A DNA stretch of 64,000 bases from Utricularia gibba (Eukaryota; Plantae; Magnoliophyta). Below the pieces are notes generated by a model. It was not told where the DNA came from. It saw nothing but the letters and a program-made list of their open reading frames with translations, and did not search any database. The stretch lies in contig CM007992.1 in assembly GCA_002189035.1 (NCBI GenBank), forward strand, positions 1,860,001 through 1,924,000, read 5' to 3'. The position numbers were made by a program, and so were the translations under genes. This document shows, in pieces, positions 12,405 through 26,100 of this stretch (within the stretch, counting starts at the first letter, position 1; every line of letters begins with the position of its first letter).

Positions 12405-15400
12405 ATGGTACCAAGTTCCTTTTTCCTGCAGCTGCTTGTGTGTATTTTTCTTGCTTGCTCAAGCAGGGGCTACGTGGATTTGAGCACCGATGCGGTAGCT
12501 CTTCTGGCCATGAAGTCCCGGTTACTTGGTGATTCTGCTTCACTCAACTGGTCTGCCACTGCTGGTGCTTCCTCTGTGTGCACTTGGACAGGGGTTACCT
12601 GTGGTTCTCGTCATCGAAGAGTAGTTGGTTTGAATGTAAGTGGTATGGGATTAGGGGGGAGTTTCCCCCCAGAAATGGGGAATCTCACGTTTCTCATCTC
12701 TTTGGATATGTCGGGAAACCATTTTCATGGCAATTTGCCTCAGGAATGGTCTGGATTGCGTAGATTACGATACTTGCACTTGGGTGGGAATGATCTGAGT
12801 GGCGAAGTTCCACCATGGATCGGGGTCTTGAGTGAGCTTCGGCTGCTGCGCCTCAATAACAACTCCTTTAGTGGCTTCTTTCCTGATTCTATAGGGAATG
12901 CATCCAAGCTTGAGAGACTGATTTGTTATGTTAACCAGATGGAGGGTCCAATACCGGCTTCAGTTTTCAACTTATCCAACTTGCAGGTTGTGAGCTTGGG
13001 GCTAACAATTTCGTTGGCCGCCTCCCCTCCCATCTGTGTTCGGGACTTCCTAAAATTCTGGATTTGCTATTACAATATAATTTCTTGGAAGGAGAGATAC
13101 CATCCAATATTTCAGCATGTGCACAATTACGGACGCTCGTTGTGTCAGCCAATAGGCTGAGTGGTTCCATTCCTCCGGACATGAGCTCTCCCTTTTCACA
13201 ACTCAATACTCTCTATTTAGATCAAAATAGATTGGTTGGCGATCTCCCCAAAACTATAGGGGAATGGAAGGCGCTCCAGATTCTCAATACAAGAGCAAAT
13301 AATATTATAGGAATCATCCCACAAGGAGTCACCAATTTGACTAACTTACGACAAATAGATTTCTCAGAAAATAAAATCACAGGTATACATGGTTTCTTTT
13401 AGCTTTCTGGATGAAAAGGAAATTGGAATACAATTCTATACAATTAATTTGCGTTTATCTTTCTTAAGGAACAATTCCTAAAGGGATTGAGAGGCTTGGT
13501 AACTTGAAGGATTTTGTTGCAAGTATGAACAACTTAGTGGGCCAACTTCCACCTGGAATCTTCAATATGTCAGCTCTTGAACATCTTGCACTTGTTTATA
13601 ATAATCTCACTGGACTGTTTCCTGCTGACTTTTGTTCTGGACTTCTGAACTTGTTGGGGATATACTTGGGTAGCAATCATTTATTCGGAGAACTTCCTGC
13701 ATCCATTTCAAATTGCTCAAAACTTGAGGTATTGGACATTGCGAACAATAGTTTTGGTGGAGTTGTGCCGAATAGTTTGGGAGAGATGAGATTCTTACGG
13801 GTGGTAAACTTTCAAGTGAATACCTTTGGCGGGAAATCATCGCCATTTGGTTTTCTCACATCACTCGCAAATTGTCACCAGTTAAAATATTTAATATTAT
13901 CTGGAAATCCTTTTGGGGCAATGCTTCCGGACACTGTAGGTAATCTATCATCTGATTCACTTGAGTGGTTTGAATGCGTAGAATGCGATCTTCATGGAAT
14001 CATTCTGATGGAGCTTGGAAATCTTACGGGCTTGCGCCGATTGCTTCTAAATGTCAATAACTTGGTGGGATCTATTCCGATGACCTTGGGGAAACTTCAA
14101 AATCTTCAACGATTAAATCTTGGTGGAAACAACTTAAGTGGCATCATACCAGATGGTCTCTGTAACTTGCAAAGTATCAACTACATGTATCTAGGTCAAA
14201 ACCAAATTGGTTGTAGTATTCCTACATGCATTGGAAATCTCACAACGTTGACTCAATTATTGATTTCTGGCAACAGATTGGAATCAACCATACCATCGAG
14301 TTTTTGGGAGCTCACCAATATTTTACAATTGGACTTATCCAACAATCTCTTGAATGGTTCCATTAATCCTAACATTGGAAACTTGAAGGCTGCATACTTT
14401 GTCGATCTTTCTTTGAATAAGTTTTCTGGTGTTATTCCAACTTCAATTGCAGATATGAAGCGCTTGGCGAATTTGTCCTTAGCGTACAATAAATTGGAAG
14501 GCATAATTCCAGAGTCCCTTGTCACTATCTTCACTTTGGAAGGATTAAATTTATCTCACAACAATCTTTTAGGTAGTATTCCAACAGGTTTACAGGAAAT
14601 TTCAAGTCTAATGTTATTGGATGTTTCATTTAACAATCTTAGTGGTCCAATTCCGACAGAAGGACCCTTTCGTAGCTTCTCCTACAGATTTTTTGAATCG
14701 AATGAAGAGTTATGTGGTGAATCTCAGTTTCATGTACCTCCATGCAAGCCTTTGAAAAATGGAACCCCACACAAGCGTAAGTCACTTCTTCCCCTTATCA
14801 TCATTTGGCCAGTAGTCCTTGTTTTCTGCATAGCTTTGTTATTGGGATATGTGGTAGTTAGAAGATCCACAAGGAGACATGTTTTGCACACAGAAGAAGA
14901 CCGATTATCGCTATCTACACTCCTCCGAGTCCCCATTCGAATACCATACCACACTATTCTTCAAGCAACTCAAAATTTCAATGATGCCCATTTGCTTGGA
15001 AGTGGAGCATTTGGCTCTGTTTACAAGGGGATTCTATCTGACGGGAAAATTGTTGCTATAAAGGTATTCAACCCACAAAATGAACGAGCGCTAACGAGCT
15101 TCGATGTAGAATGTAGCTTATTGAGAAGCCTACACCATACAAATCTGTGCAAAGTCGTCAGTGCTTGCTCGAATGAAGATGTAAAAGCACTTGTTATGGA
15201 GTACATGCCAAATGGGAACCTCGAGCATTGGCTTCATGGAGAATCCAATTTCCTTAACATCTTACAGAGATTTTCAATTATGATAGACATTGCTTCGGCG
15301 CTACAGTATCTCCACGAAGGCTACACTATCCCAGTCGTGCATTGTGATTTGAAACCAACCAACATATTGTTAGATGAAGAGATGACTGCATACTTGACTG

Positions 15401-15905
15401 ACTTTGGGATCGCAAAGCTGTTAGGGGACACAGACGGCATTGTGCAAACTCACACATTTGCAACCTTGGGATACATGGCACCAGGTTAGTTCACCCTTCT
15501 ATGTTATACGCAATCTCTCTGAGGCTTCTCAGTCCTTCCCTTTCTTTCACAGAGTACGGTTCAAGTGGTTTGGTGTCAACAAGATGCGATGTATATAGCT
15601 TTGGCATACTCTTAATGGAAGTCTTCACTGGAAAAAGACCATGCGATGCAGAATTTGTAGATAAAGATTTCAGCTTGAAAGACCTGGTAAAAGAGTCCAT
15701 ACCCGATGGAGTTTTAAACATTGTGGATCAAAGATTATTGAACCCCAATGATGCATATATATCCATGAAGTTAAGCTGCTTATCATCAGTGATGGAGTTG
15801 TCATTGAAGTGTTCAGTGGAAAATCCAAGTGAGAGAATCACCATGAAGGATATCATCGCTTCTCTCAAAACTATATCACATGAGCTCTCAAGAACGACTT
15901 TGTAA
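12405..15905 (+). CDS. RLK-1: LRR-XII-type non-RD receptor-like kinase, 3 exons, with a single -1 frameshift (intact if corrected, ~1115 aa)
   Basis: Exons 12405-13382, 13469-15484 and 15553-15905 with GT-AG introns. Contains a signal peptide, LRRNT (CTWTGVTC), plant LRRs (LxxLxLxxNxLxGxIP), CGE..C cap, TM segment and kinase motifs GSGAFGSVYKG / VAIK / HCDLKPTN / DFG / GYMAPEYG. The only lesion is G4 instead of G5 at 12998-13001. Adding 1 nt gives 3348 nt, divisible by 3. Confidence 0.9.
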
Positions 15906-17197
15906 GACAAGAGCTCCCAGCATTTTGCTTCATAGTCATCAGTATAGGACAAGCAGCCTCTTCCTTCTAAATGCTTACGGGATTACTACTTTATTTTGGG
16001 GGTCCTAAGCCATGAGCCCGAGTGGCGAGTAGCATAATTAGATAAATGGATTATTTAACACGTATAACATTCTCATTTCTTATTATCAAAATGGTAAATT
16101 AATATTCCTGGAAAAACACATTTAATTCTAAGTTTTCAGAATTAGAATATAAAATTCTTATTTTAAAAAATAATTTACAAATACGGAATAAAGCCTATTC
16201 TAATTAGAATAAAAACCTAATAAATATTTATAATGAAATATTATTACTTTAACATTATAAAAATATACTAAAATTTAATTAAAATTTTATCAAAATGTAT
16301 ACAAGAAATGGTCGTGCAAGATCCAAATATTTTATTATTTAATCTTGGTCGTGCAATATGCAAAGACCATCGCTATAAAGAAATAAAAATATTTAAGCAC
16401 TACAAAATATATGTATTTAAATACAATTAGGATAAAAAATAATTAAAAATTAAAACATGAGGTATTTCCCGAACACTTTTAAAAGTAGGGGTATACTGCA
16501 AACTAACTTTTGGCAGGAGGATTCAAGCAACGAACGAGGCCGCCTGTTGCAATACTCCATCATATTCCATGAAATCCATTCAATTTTCTTTTAGTATTTT
16601 CTTGCATTAAAAAGTCCCCTAAATTGTGTGGCAGATGTTGCTGTATTACATGATCATAATGGGGATGTCAAGATTGAATCTTTCAATGATGATAAGGGGC
16701 CACGGTTTCCGAAGCATTGATTTCAGTTGAATCTTTCAAGTATGCTTCGCAGGACATCACTCTCTCAACTCAACTTGCCGAGTCAATGTGTTCTAGTCCT
16801 TCATCTAAGGGTCTAATGCGTAGAAGATGGATAGGGAAGACTTGCAGTCAAGGAGCCAAGTCTATCTGTGTGAAGAGACAGTCCTGGTTTTAGATGTTAC
16901 TAATGAAGATCTCTTAGTTGTGCTGATCTCATGGAGTCGTAGAATATATCCTTCAGCTTAACATTTGGCCATCGAATCGCACTTCCCTTGTTCAAAGTGA
17001 ATGACTTACCTGTATTTGTCGAAGTCGCTAGTCTAAGAGTTGGTCGACTTTACGGGTTGGATTGGTTTGCCTGATCGAGGCTTACATGCATACTTTTTAT
17101 AAAGCAACCAGGCGCCAGCACATAAGAAGCTGAACTAATCACCACTATCTTCCTCCTCAAACTCCTCTCCCGTGTCCCCATTCCACCGTTGGAAGAA

Positions 17198-20100
17198 ATG
17201 GGTGCAGGTTTCCCAATATCTGTAGGAAATCAGTTCTGTCACCCTGTAAAATCAACTGAATATGTGTAATGAACACAATCTGTTTCAGGTAAAAACCCAG
17301 CTCCTTGGCTGGTAAAACCTCCTGTCCTCTGGTTAATCACACCAGATGCAAGAGTTCACTATAAACAAGGAGAAGCACCCTGATCCACATACACAGAGTT
17401 ACTACAACACACACCAGCGCAGGAAACACACACTTCTTGTGATCACTCCTTCAGTAGCTGCTAGGATCATCCACCGTGCCCCCTTGTCCAGACAGAACTC
17501 CCCTCTCCCTCCACTGCTTGGATCAGACTCCACCTCTGCTTCATATGCTCCACACCCATAAGTTGTGGACGTAGTGGGAGGTAACCATCAGACGCATCTC
17601 ACGCCTCACTTCCAGCCTGTTATTGACCAGCCCATTTGTACATTATGGGCTTATTTACCTCCTACAATATCAAACGTATGTTTTTGTTTCCTGCTGATGT
17701 CCCTCTTTCTTCTTGCTTATTCAAACACTGATCTGCGGACGGACGCAATGGCTCTCCTGGCCTTGAAAACCCGGTTACTTGGTGACTCTTCGTCACTCAA
17801 CTGGTTTGGTAATGCTACTACAATTCCTAGTGCTTCCTCGGCGTGCACTTGGACAGGGGTTACTTGTGATTCTCGTCTTCGAAGAGATGTTGGTTTAAAT
17901 CTTATTGACATGGGATTAGGGGGAGTTTAAATCTCACGTTTCTCATCTTTTTAGATATGTCAGGAAACCATTTTCATGGCAATTTGCCTCAGGAATGGTC
18001 CGGATTGCCACAGATTACAATACTTGCACTTGGGTGGGAATGATCTGAGTGGCGAAGTTCCACCATGGATCGGGTTCTTGAGTGAGCTCCGGCTGCACCT
18101 CAATAACAACTCCTTCAGTGGCTCCGTGCCTGATTCCCTAGGGAATGCATCCAAGCTTGAGAGATTGGGACCGAGTTCAATTTTCAACTTATCCAAGTTG
18201 GAAGTTTTGAGCCTGGCGTCTTAACAATTTCGTTGGCCGCCTCCCCTCCCCTCTCTGCTCCGGGTTTCCTAAGATTGCACGTTTGATGTTACAATATAAT
18301 TCCTTGGAAGGAGAGATACCATCCAATATTTCAGCATGTGCTCAATTGTGATAGGCAATAGGCTGAGTGGCTCCATTCCTCCAGACATAAGCTCTCCCTT
18401 TTCACAACTCAGATTTCTGCATTTACATTCAAATAGCCTGGTTGGCGAGCTCCCCAAAACTATAGGCGAATGGAAGGGGCTCCAATATCTTAACACGGGA
18501 GAGAATAATATTACCGGAATCATCCCACCAGGAATCACAAATTTGACCAACTTGGAGGGGTTACATCTCTCAGGAAATAAAATCACAGGTATGCATGCTT
18601 TTAGCTTTTATGATGAAAACGACTCTGTGTTCTACCATGTCTTGAATTCATCTGTGTCTAGGCACAATTCCTGAAGGTATGGAGAGGCTTTCTAGATTGA
18701 AGGGTTTTGCTGCAAATTTGAACAACTCAGTGGGAGAACTTCCACATGGAATCTTCAATATTTCAACTCTTGAGCATCTTTCTCTTGTTCAGAATGATCT
18801 CACTGGACAGCTTCCTGCTGACTTTTGTTCTAGACTTCCTAAATTGTTGCAGATACACTTGGGTGGCAATGATTTGTTTGGAGAACTTCCCCCGTATTTC
18901 AAATTGCTCCAAACTTGAGGAATTGGACATTGGTAACAATAGTTTTGGTGGAGTTGAATAGTTTGGGAGAGATGAGATTCTTACGGATTGTAAACTTTCA
19001 AGCCAATAACTTTTGTGGGAAATCATCGCCATTTGGTTTATTCACCGCACTCTCGAACTGTCACCAGTTAAATTGGTTGATATTATCTGGAAATCCTTTT
19101 GGGGCAATGCTTCTGGACACTGTGGGTAATCTATCATTTGATTCACTTGAGTGGTTTGAATGCGTAGAATGCCGTCTCCATGGAACCATTCCGATGGAGT
19201 TTGGAAATCTTACAGGCTTGCTGCGATTGCTTCTAAGTACCAATAACTTGGTGGGATCTATTCCGACGACCTTGGGGAAACTTCAAAATCTTCAACGATT
19301 AATTTTGGGTGCAAACAACTTAAGTGGATTCATACCAGATGGTCTCTGTAACTTGCAAAGTATCAACTACATGGATCTTGGAGAAAATCACATTGGTGGT
19401 AGTATTCCTACATGTCTTGGAAATCTCACAAGATTGACTCAATTATCGATTTCAAGCAATAAATTAGAATCAACCATACCATCGACTTTTTGGCAGCTAA
19501 GTCATCTTTTACCATTGGATTTATCCAATAATTTCTTGAATGGTTCCATTAATCCTGTTGTTGGAAACTTGAAGGTTGCATACTTCGTTGATCTTTCTTT
19601 GAATAAGTTTTCTGGTGTTATTCCAACTTCAGTTGGAGATATGCAACGTTTGGCGAATTATTTTTACTTAGCTTACAATAATTTGGAAGGCACAATTCCA
19701 GAGACAATTGGCACTATGTTCACTTTGGAAGAATTAAATATATCGCATAACAGATTTTCTGGCAAGATCCCAACAATTTTACAGAAAATTTCAAGTTTGG
19801 TATCATTGGATGTTTCATACAACAATCTTAGTGGCCCAATTCCGACAGAAGGGTCGTTTCGTAGCTTCTCCTACAGGTTTTTTGAATCGAATGAAGGGTT
19901 ATGGGGTGAATCTCAGTTTCATGTGCCTCCTGCAAGCCTTCGAGGAATGGAACCCCACACAAGCGGAAGTCACTTCTTCCCCTTATCATCATTTGGCCAA
20001 TAGTCCTTGTTTTCTGCATAGCTTTGTTATTGGGATATGTGGTAGTTAGAAGATACACAAGGAGACGTGTTTTGCACACAGAAGAAGACCGACTATTGTT

Positions 20101-21079
20101 ATCTACACTCCTCCGAGTCCCCATTCGAATACCATACCACACTATTCTTCAAGCAACTCAGAATTTCAATGATGCTCATTTGCTTGGAAGTGGAGCATTT
20201 GACTCTGTTCACAAGGGGATTCTTTCTGACGGGAAAATTGTTGTGATAAAGGTATTCAACCCACAAAATGAATGAGCATTAACGAGCTTCGATGTAGAAT
20301 GTAGCGTATTGAGAAGCCTACGCCATACAAATCTATGCAAAGTCATCAGTGCTTGCTCGAATGAAGATGTAAAAGCACTTGTTATGGAGTACATGCCAAA
20401 TGGGAACCTCGAGCATTGGCTTCATGAAGAATCCAATTTCCTTAACATCTTACAGAGATTTTCAATTATGATAGACATTGCTTCGGCGCTACAGTATCTC
20501 CACGAAGGCTACACTATCCCAGTCGTGCATTGTGATTTGAAACCAACCAACATATTGTTAGATGAAGAGATGACTGCATACTTGACTGACTTTGGAATCG
20601 CAAAGCTGTTAGGGGACACAGACGGCATTGTGCAAACTCACACATTTGCAACCTTGGGATACATGGCACCAGGTTAGTTCTCCCTTCTATGCTATATGCA
20701 ATCTCTCTGAGGCTTCTCAGTCCTTCCCTTTCTATCACAGAGTATGGTTTAAGTGGCTTGTTGTCAACAAGATGCGACGTATATAGCTTTGGCATACTCT
20801 TAATGGAAGTCTTCACCGGAAAAAGACCTTGTGATGCAGAATTTGTAGAGAATGATTTAAGCTTGAGAGATTTGGTAAAAGAGTCCATGCCTGATGGAGT
20901 TTTACACATTGCGGATCAAAGATTATTAAACCCAGATGATGCATACGTATCCGAAGTTAAGCTGCTTATCATCAGTGATGAAGTTGTCATTGAAAAATCC
21001 AAGTGAGAGAATCACCATGAAGGATATCATCGCTTCTTTTAAAACTATATCACATGAGCTCTCATGAACGACTTTGTAA
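17198..21079 (+). pseudogene. RLK-2: decayed LRR-XII-type receptor kinase pseudogene
   Basis: Removing the 17221-17666 solo LTR restores ATG-MGAGFPISNVCFCFLLMSLFLLAYS. Multiple deletions and frameshifts (~17929, ~18170, ~18222, ~18345, ~18955, ~20995) and premature stops (~20001, CGA>TGA at 20273). Introns at 18589-18661 and 20673-20740. Confidence 0.9.
17221..17666 (-). mobile_element. Solo LTR (446 bp) inserted in the RLK-2 signal-peptide codons
   Basis: Inverted termini TGTAGG...CCTACA and perfect TSD ATATC at 17216-17220 and 17667-17671. Orientation is inferred from U5-like sequence and is tentative. Confidence 0.85.
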
Positions 21080-22942
21080 AACAAGAGCTTCCCATTGTGA
21101 TTCCCCAAGTGTATCCATTATAAGCTCAAATTTATGTGGGAGGAGACTGGATAATCCTCACATGGAAGAAGCATTTTTTGTTTCATTACATATCTTTTGT
21201 TTAGGTCTCAATATATTTTTAAAGGATTTCTATATATTTTATACTAATATAATCTTTTTAGAGAAAAAAATGTGTTTTGTGATTTGTTAGAATGATGTTG
21301 ATTCAAATTAGATTAATCGTGCTCTAATTCGCATGGATTTGTTGGAGATCAAAATTGAGCGCAAGAGCAAATTTAAAAATAAAGATTTTATTTAAAATTC
21401 AAGGTTTAAATAAAAATTTGAAAAATATCTGAAATGACTTGAATAAAATATTTGATACATAACCATCAATAAAGTTTAATAAACCTTGTCTATACAAGAA
21501 CTTGAAAAGGAAATTTTGACAAGTTCAGAGTGTTCGAATCATTCTCGAAGTCATGTACAGTTTCATTTCCAAATTTTTATTTGTTTTTAGTTTTTGTCGT
21601 TTTTTGTTGTGCAATCAAGTATGTACACTTCAGCACTTGCACCTAAGTATACTCAATTAAGTCATGCTTACCTAAGTCTTTGTATGTATTTTTGCTTTAC
21701 TATATTATTTAAATATTTAAATTGAGATTTGATTTCATTTTATACAGTGTTTTTATTATTAACGGATTCTTTATTATTATTAAATTATAAAAGTATATAA
21801 GAAAATTCAATATTGGTCTTAAGTACTTGAAAAGAAGAGATCAATCAGATATCATTATTAAAATGTATTTGATACAATATGTTTACAAAGGTATGAGCTA
21901 TATGGATTAAAATCGAATATAAGTAAGTTATTATGATAGCGGAAAAAACTTTGATAACATGATTGATTTTGTAATATCAATATACAGAGAACAATACCAT
22001 AACAATTAACAAGCAGTACAACTCTTGAAAAATATCACATAACATATGTAATTGAGTGAATCCTTGAGATTTATTTCTGAATAAAATGAAATCAGATTAA
22101 ATAAAAAAACATAACTCTTAACACATACATAGTGGAGAAGGAAGGAAAAAACCCTAGGCATTATTACATTTGAACTTTTAAAAACAAATATTATTAATAT
22201 CATCATTTTTCTGAATTTCATCTTCAAAATTTTATAATTGATCATTATTTTTTAATAAAATTAAATTAGATCGAATAAAAAAACATTATTCCAATGTATA
22301 AGAAAAAAAAACCTATTCTTACATTTCAACTTTTCAAATCAAGAATATTTTTGTAATACGTACAGCATCAAATAATACAATAAAAAATATTTAGACGAGT
22401 GATTTATTTAAAGAAAACACAATAAAAGACCCATTTTTTAAAACAAATTGAATCATTTTTTTATTTACTCTTTTTATTGAACCTGAAAAAAATTGCCAAA
22501 GAACTCTATAAGAGAAAAAATAATAATAATAAAAAGTGGATCAAGTAATCAACTTGCTCAGACCCCCACGTTTCAATTACATGAAGCCAAGACGCAAACT
22601 GAAAATGATTGAATAAAATATCTTAAAAAACCAATTTTAATGGTTTATATGTCGACGTTGATTGAGTTATTTTATCTATTTTTTTCAATGAATAAATCAT
22701 ATTGCACTTTGGGTCATTCAGATTTTCAGGGTGTGGTATGAATGAAGTCTAAAAGTCAAAGTCTTCCACTGCGGCGTCTATAATCCACTTTCTGATCGTT
22801 CCCACATGAACGAGACACAGCGCAAAGACAAAAAGGTGTGTCGTTTATTAAAGAAGGAGAAGAAGCGAGCATTGCCCAGCTAGATTTTGTACCGTGCTTT
22901 ATGGAAATAGGCATATGGTGAGCGGTCTTACTAAGCGAAGCC

Positions 22943-23065
22943 GGGTCAGTTAGAAAAGTGGCCACTGTCACTTTCTATCTCACACAGTAAGGCAAAAAAT
23001 TTACACATAGGGTGGCCACTTTTATCACACAGTGAGATGACAGTGGCCACTTTTTTAAATCACCC
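22943..23065. mobile_element. Mutator-like MITE (123 bp) 52 bp upstream of the RLK-3 start codon
   Basis: TIRs GGGTCAGTTAGAAAAGTGGCCACTGTCA versus reverse complement GGGTGATTTAAAAAAGTGGCCACTGTCA (25/28 identical). 10-bp TSD AAGCGAAGCC at 22933-22942 and 23066-23075. Paralog promoters show the empty site (12348-12365, 27553-27570). Confidence 0.9.
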
Positions 23066-23117
23066 AAGCGAAGCCCCACTGCCTGGCAGTGATCACCATT
23101 TATGTTGTGCGGAGGAA

Positions 23118-26100
23118 ATGGTTCCAAGATCCGTTTTCCTGCAGCTGCTTGTGTGTATTTTTCTTGCTTGTTCAAGCAGGGGCTCCGTTGATTTGAGCAC
23201 CGATGCAGTGGCTCTTCTGGCCTTGAAGTCCCGGTTACTTGGTGATTCTGCTTCACTTAACTGGTCTGCCACTGCTGGTGCTTCCTCTGTGTGCACTTGG
23301 ACAGGGGTTACCTGTGGTTCTCGTCATCGAAGAGTAGTTGGTTTAAATGTAAGTGGTATGGGATTAGGGGGGAGTTTCCCCCCAGAAATGGGGAATCTCA
23401 CGTTTCTCATCTCCTTGGATATGTTGGGAAACCATTTTCATGGCAATTTGCCTCAAGAATGGTCTGGATTGCGCAGATTACGATACTTGCACTTGGGTGA
23501 GAATGATCTGAGCGGCGAAGTTCCTCCATGGATCGGGTTCTTGAGTGAGCTCCGGCTGCTTCGCCTCAATAACAACTCCTTCAGTGGCTCCTTGCCTGAT
23601 TCCCTAGGGAATGCATCGAAGCTTGAGAGATTGGGACTTTATTATAACCAGATGGAGGGTCTAATACCCAGTTCAGTTTTCAATTTATCCAACTTGGAAG
23701 TTTTGAGCCTGGCGTCTAACAATTTTGTTGGCCGCCTCCCCTCCCCTCTCTGCTCCGGGTTTCCTAAGATTGTGGGTTTGATGTTGCAGGATAATTCCTT
23801 GGAAGGAGAGATACCATCCAATATTTCTGCATGTGCACAATTACAGGTGCTGGTTTTGTCTGGCAACAGGCTGAGTGGTTCCATTCCTCAAGACATGAGC
23901 TCTCCCTTTTCACAACTCAATTCTCTCTATTTAGATCATAATAGATTGGTTGGCGAGCTCCCCAAACCTATGGGGGAATTTCAGATTCTAGATACAAGCG
24001 CAAATAATATTACAGGAACCATTCCACTAGGATTTACCAATTTGACTAATTTACGACAGATAGATTTATCAGACAATCAAATCACAGGTAGATATACATG
24101 GTTTCTTTTAGCTTTCTGTATGAAAAAAAAAATTAGTGTACAATTCTATACAATTATTTTCGATTTATCTCTTTACAGGAACTATTCCTAAAGAGATTGG
24201 GAGGCTTGGTAACTTGACGTTATTTGCAGCAAGTATCAACAACTTAGTGGGCGACCTTCCACCTGGAATCTTCAATATGTCAGCTCTTGAAAATCTTAAA
24301 CTTTTTCAAAATAATCTCTCTGGACAGTTTCCTGCCGACTTTTGTTCTGGACTTCCTAACTTGTTGGGGATATACTTGTCTATCAATCATTTGTTTGGAG
24401 AAATTCCTGCGTTCATTTCAAATTGCTCAAAACTTGAGGTTTTGGACATTTTTAACAATAGTTTTGGTGGAGTTGTCCCAGATAGTTTGGGAGATATGAG
24501 ATTCTTACAGGAGATAAACCTTCAACTTAATAACTTTGGTGGGAAATCTTCACCATTTGGTTTTATCACAGCACTTGCAAACTGTCAGCAGTTAAAACGC
24601 TTGGCATTATCTGGAAATCCTTTTGGGGCAATGCTTCCGAAAACTGTGGGTAATCTATCATCTGATTCACTTGAGTGGTTTGCATGCTTTGAATGCGGTC
24701 TCCATGGAACCATTCCGATGGAGCTTGGAAATCTTACAAGCTTGTTGCGATTGTTTCTAAATGACAATAACTTGGTGGGATCTATTCCGAAGACATTGGG
24801 ACACTTCAAAATCTTCAACAATTAAATCTTGGTAGAAACAACTTAAGTGGATTCATACCAGATAGTCTCTGTAACTTGCAAAGTATCAACTACATTTATC
24901 TTGGAGAAAATCAAATTGGTGGTACTATTCCTGCATGCATTGGAAATCTCACATCATTGACTCAATTATCGATTGCAAGCAACAATTTGGAATCCACCAT
25001 ACCATTTAGTTTTTGGCAGCTAAGTCATATTTTGCAGTTGAGCTTATCTAACAATCTCTTGAATGGTTCCATTAATCCTGGCATTGGAAACTTGAAGGTT
25101 GCATACTTTGTAGATCTTTCCTTGAATAAGTTTTCTGGTGTTATTCCAACTTCAGTTGGAGATATGCAGCGTCTCGCGACTTTGTCCTTAGCGTACAATA
25201 AATTGGAAGGCACAATTCCAAAGTCCCTTGGCAATATTTTTACTTTGGAAGTATTAAATTTATCTCATAACAATCTTTTTGATAAGATTCCAGTAGCTTT
25301 ACAGGAAATTTCAAGTCTAATGTCATTGGATATTTCATTCAACAATCTTAGTGGCCCTATTCCGACAGAAGTGCCCTTCTGCAGCTTCTCCTACAAGTAT
25401 TTTGAATCCAATGAAGGGTTATGTGGTGAATCTCAGTTTCGTGTGCCTTCATGCAAACCTTTGAGGAATGGAACACCGCACAAGTGGAAGTCAGTTCTTC
25501 CCCTAATTATCATTTTGCCAGTAGTCTTAGTTTTCTGCATAGCATTGTTATTGGGATATGTGGTAATTAGAAGATCCACAAGAAGACGTGTTTTGCACAC
25601 AAAAGAAGACCGACTATCGCTCTCTACACTGTTCCAAGTCCCTATTCGAATACCATACCATACTATTCTTCAAGCAACTCAGAATTTCAATGATACTCAT
25701 TTGCTTGGAAGTGGAGCATTTGGCTCTGTTTATAAGGGGATTCTTTCTAATGGGAAAATTGTTGTAATAAAGGTATTCAATCCACTAAATGAACGAGCCT
25801 TAAGGAGCTTCGATGTAGAATGTAGCGTATTGAGAAGCCTACGCCACACAAATCTGTGCAAAGTCATCAGTGCTTGCTCCAATGAAGATATCAAAGCACT
25901 TGTTATGGAGTACATGCCAAATGGGAATCTCGAGCACTGGCTTCATGGAGAATCCAATTTCCTTAACATCTCACAGAGATTTTCAATAATGATAGACATT
26001 GCTTCAGCGCTACAGTATCTCCACGAAGGCTATACTATCCCAATGGTGCATTGTGATTTGAAACCAAGCAACATACTGCTAGGCGAAGAGATGACTGCAT

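Noticed and set aside
13383-24178. Intron-retention island in RLK-1, RLK-2 and RLK-3
   Set aside because: Their LRR introns are 86, 73 and 91 nt (not 3n), so retention only truncates. Only RLK-4 qualifies.
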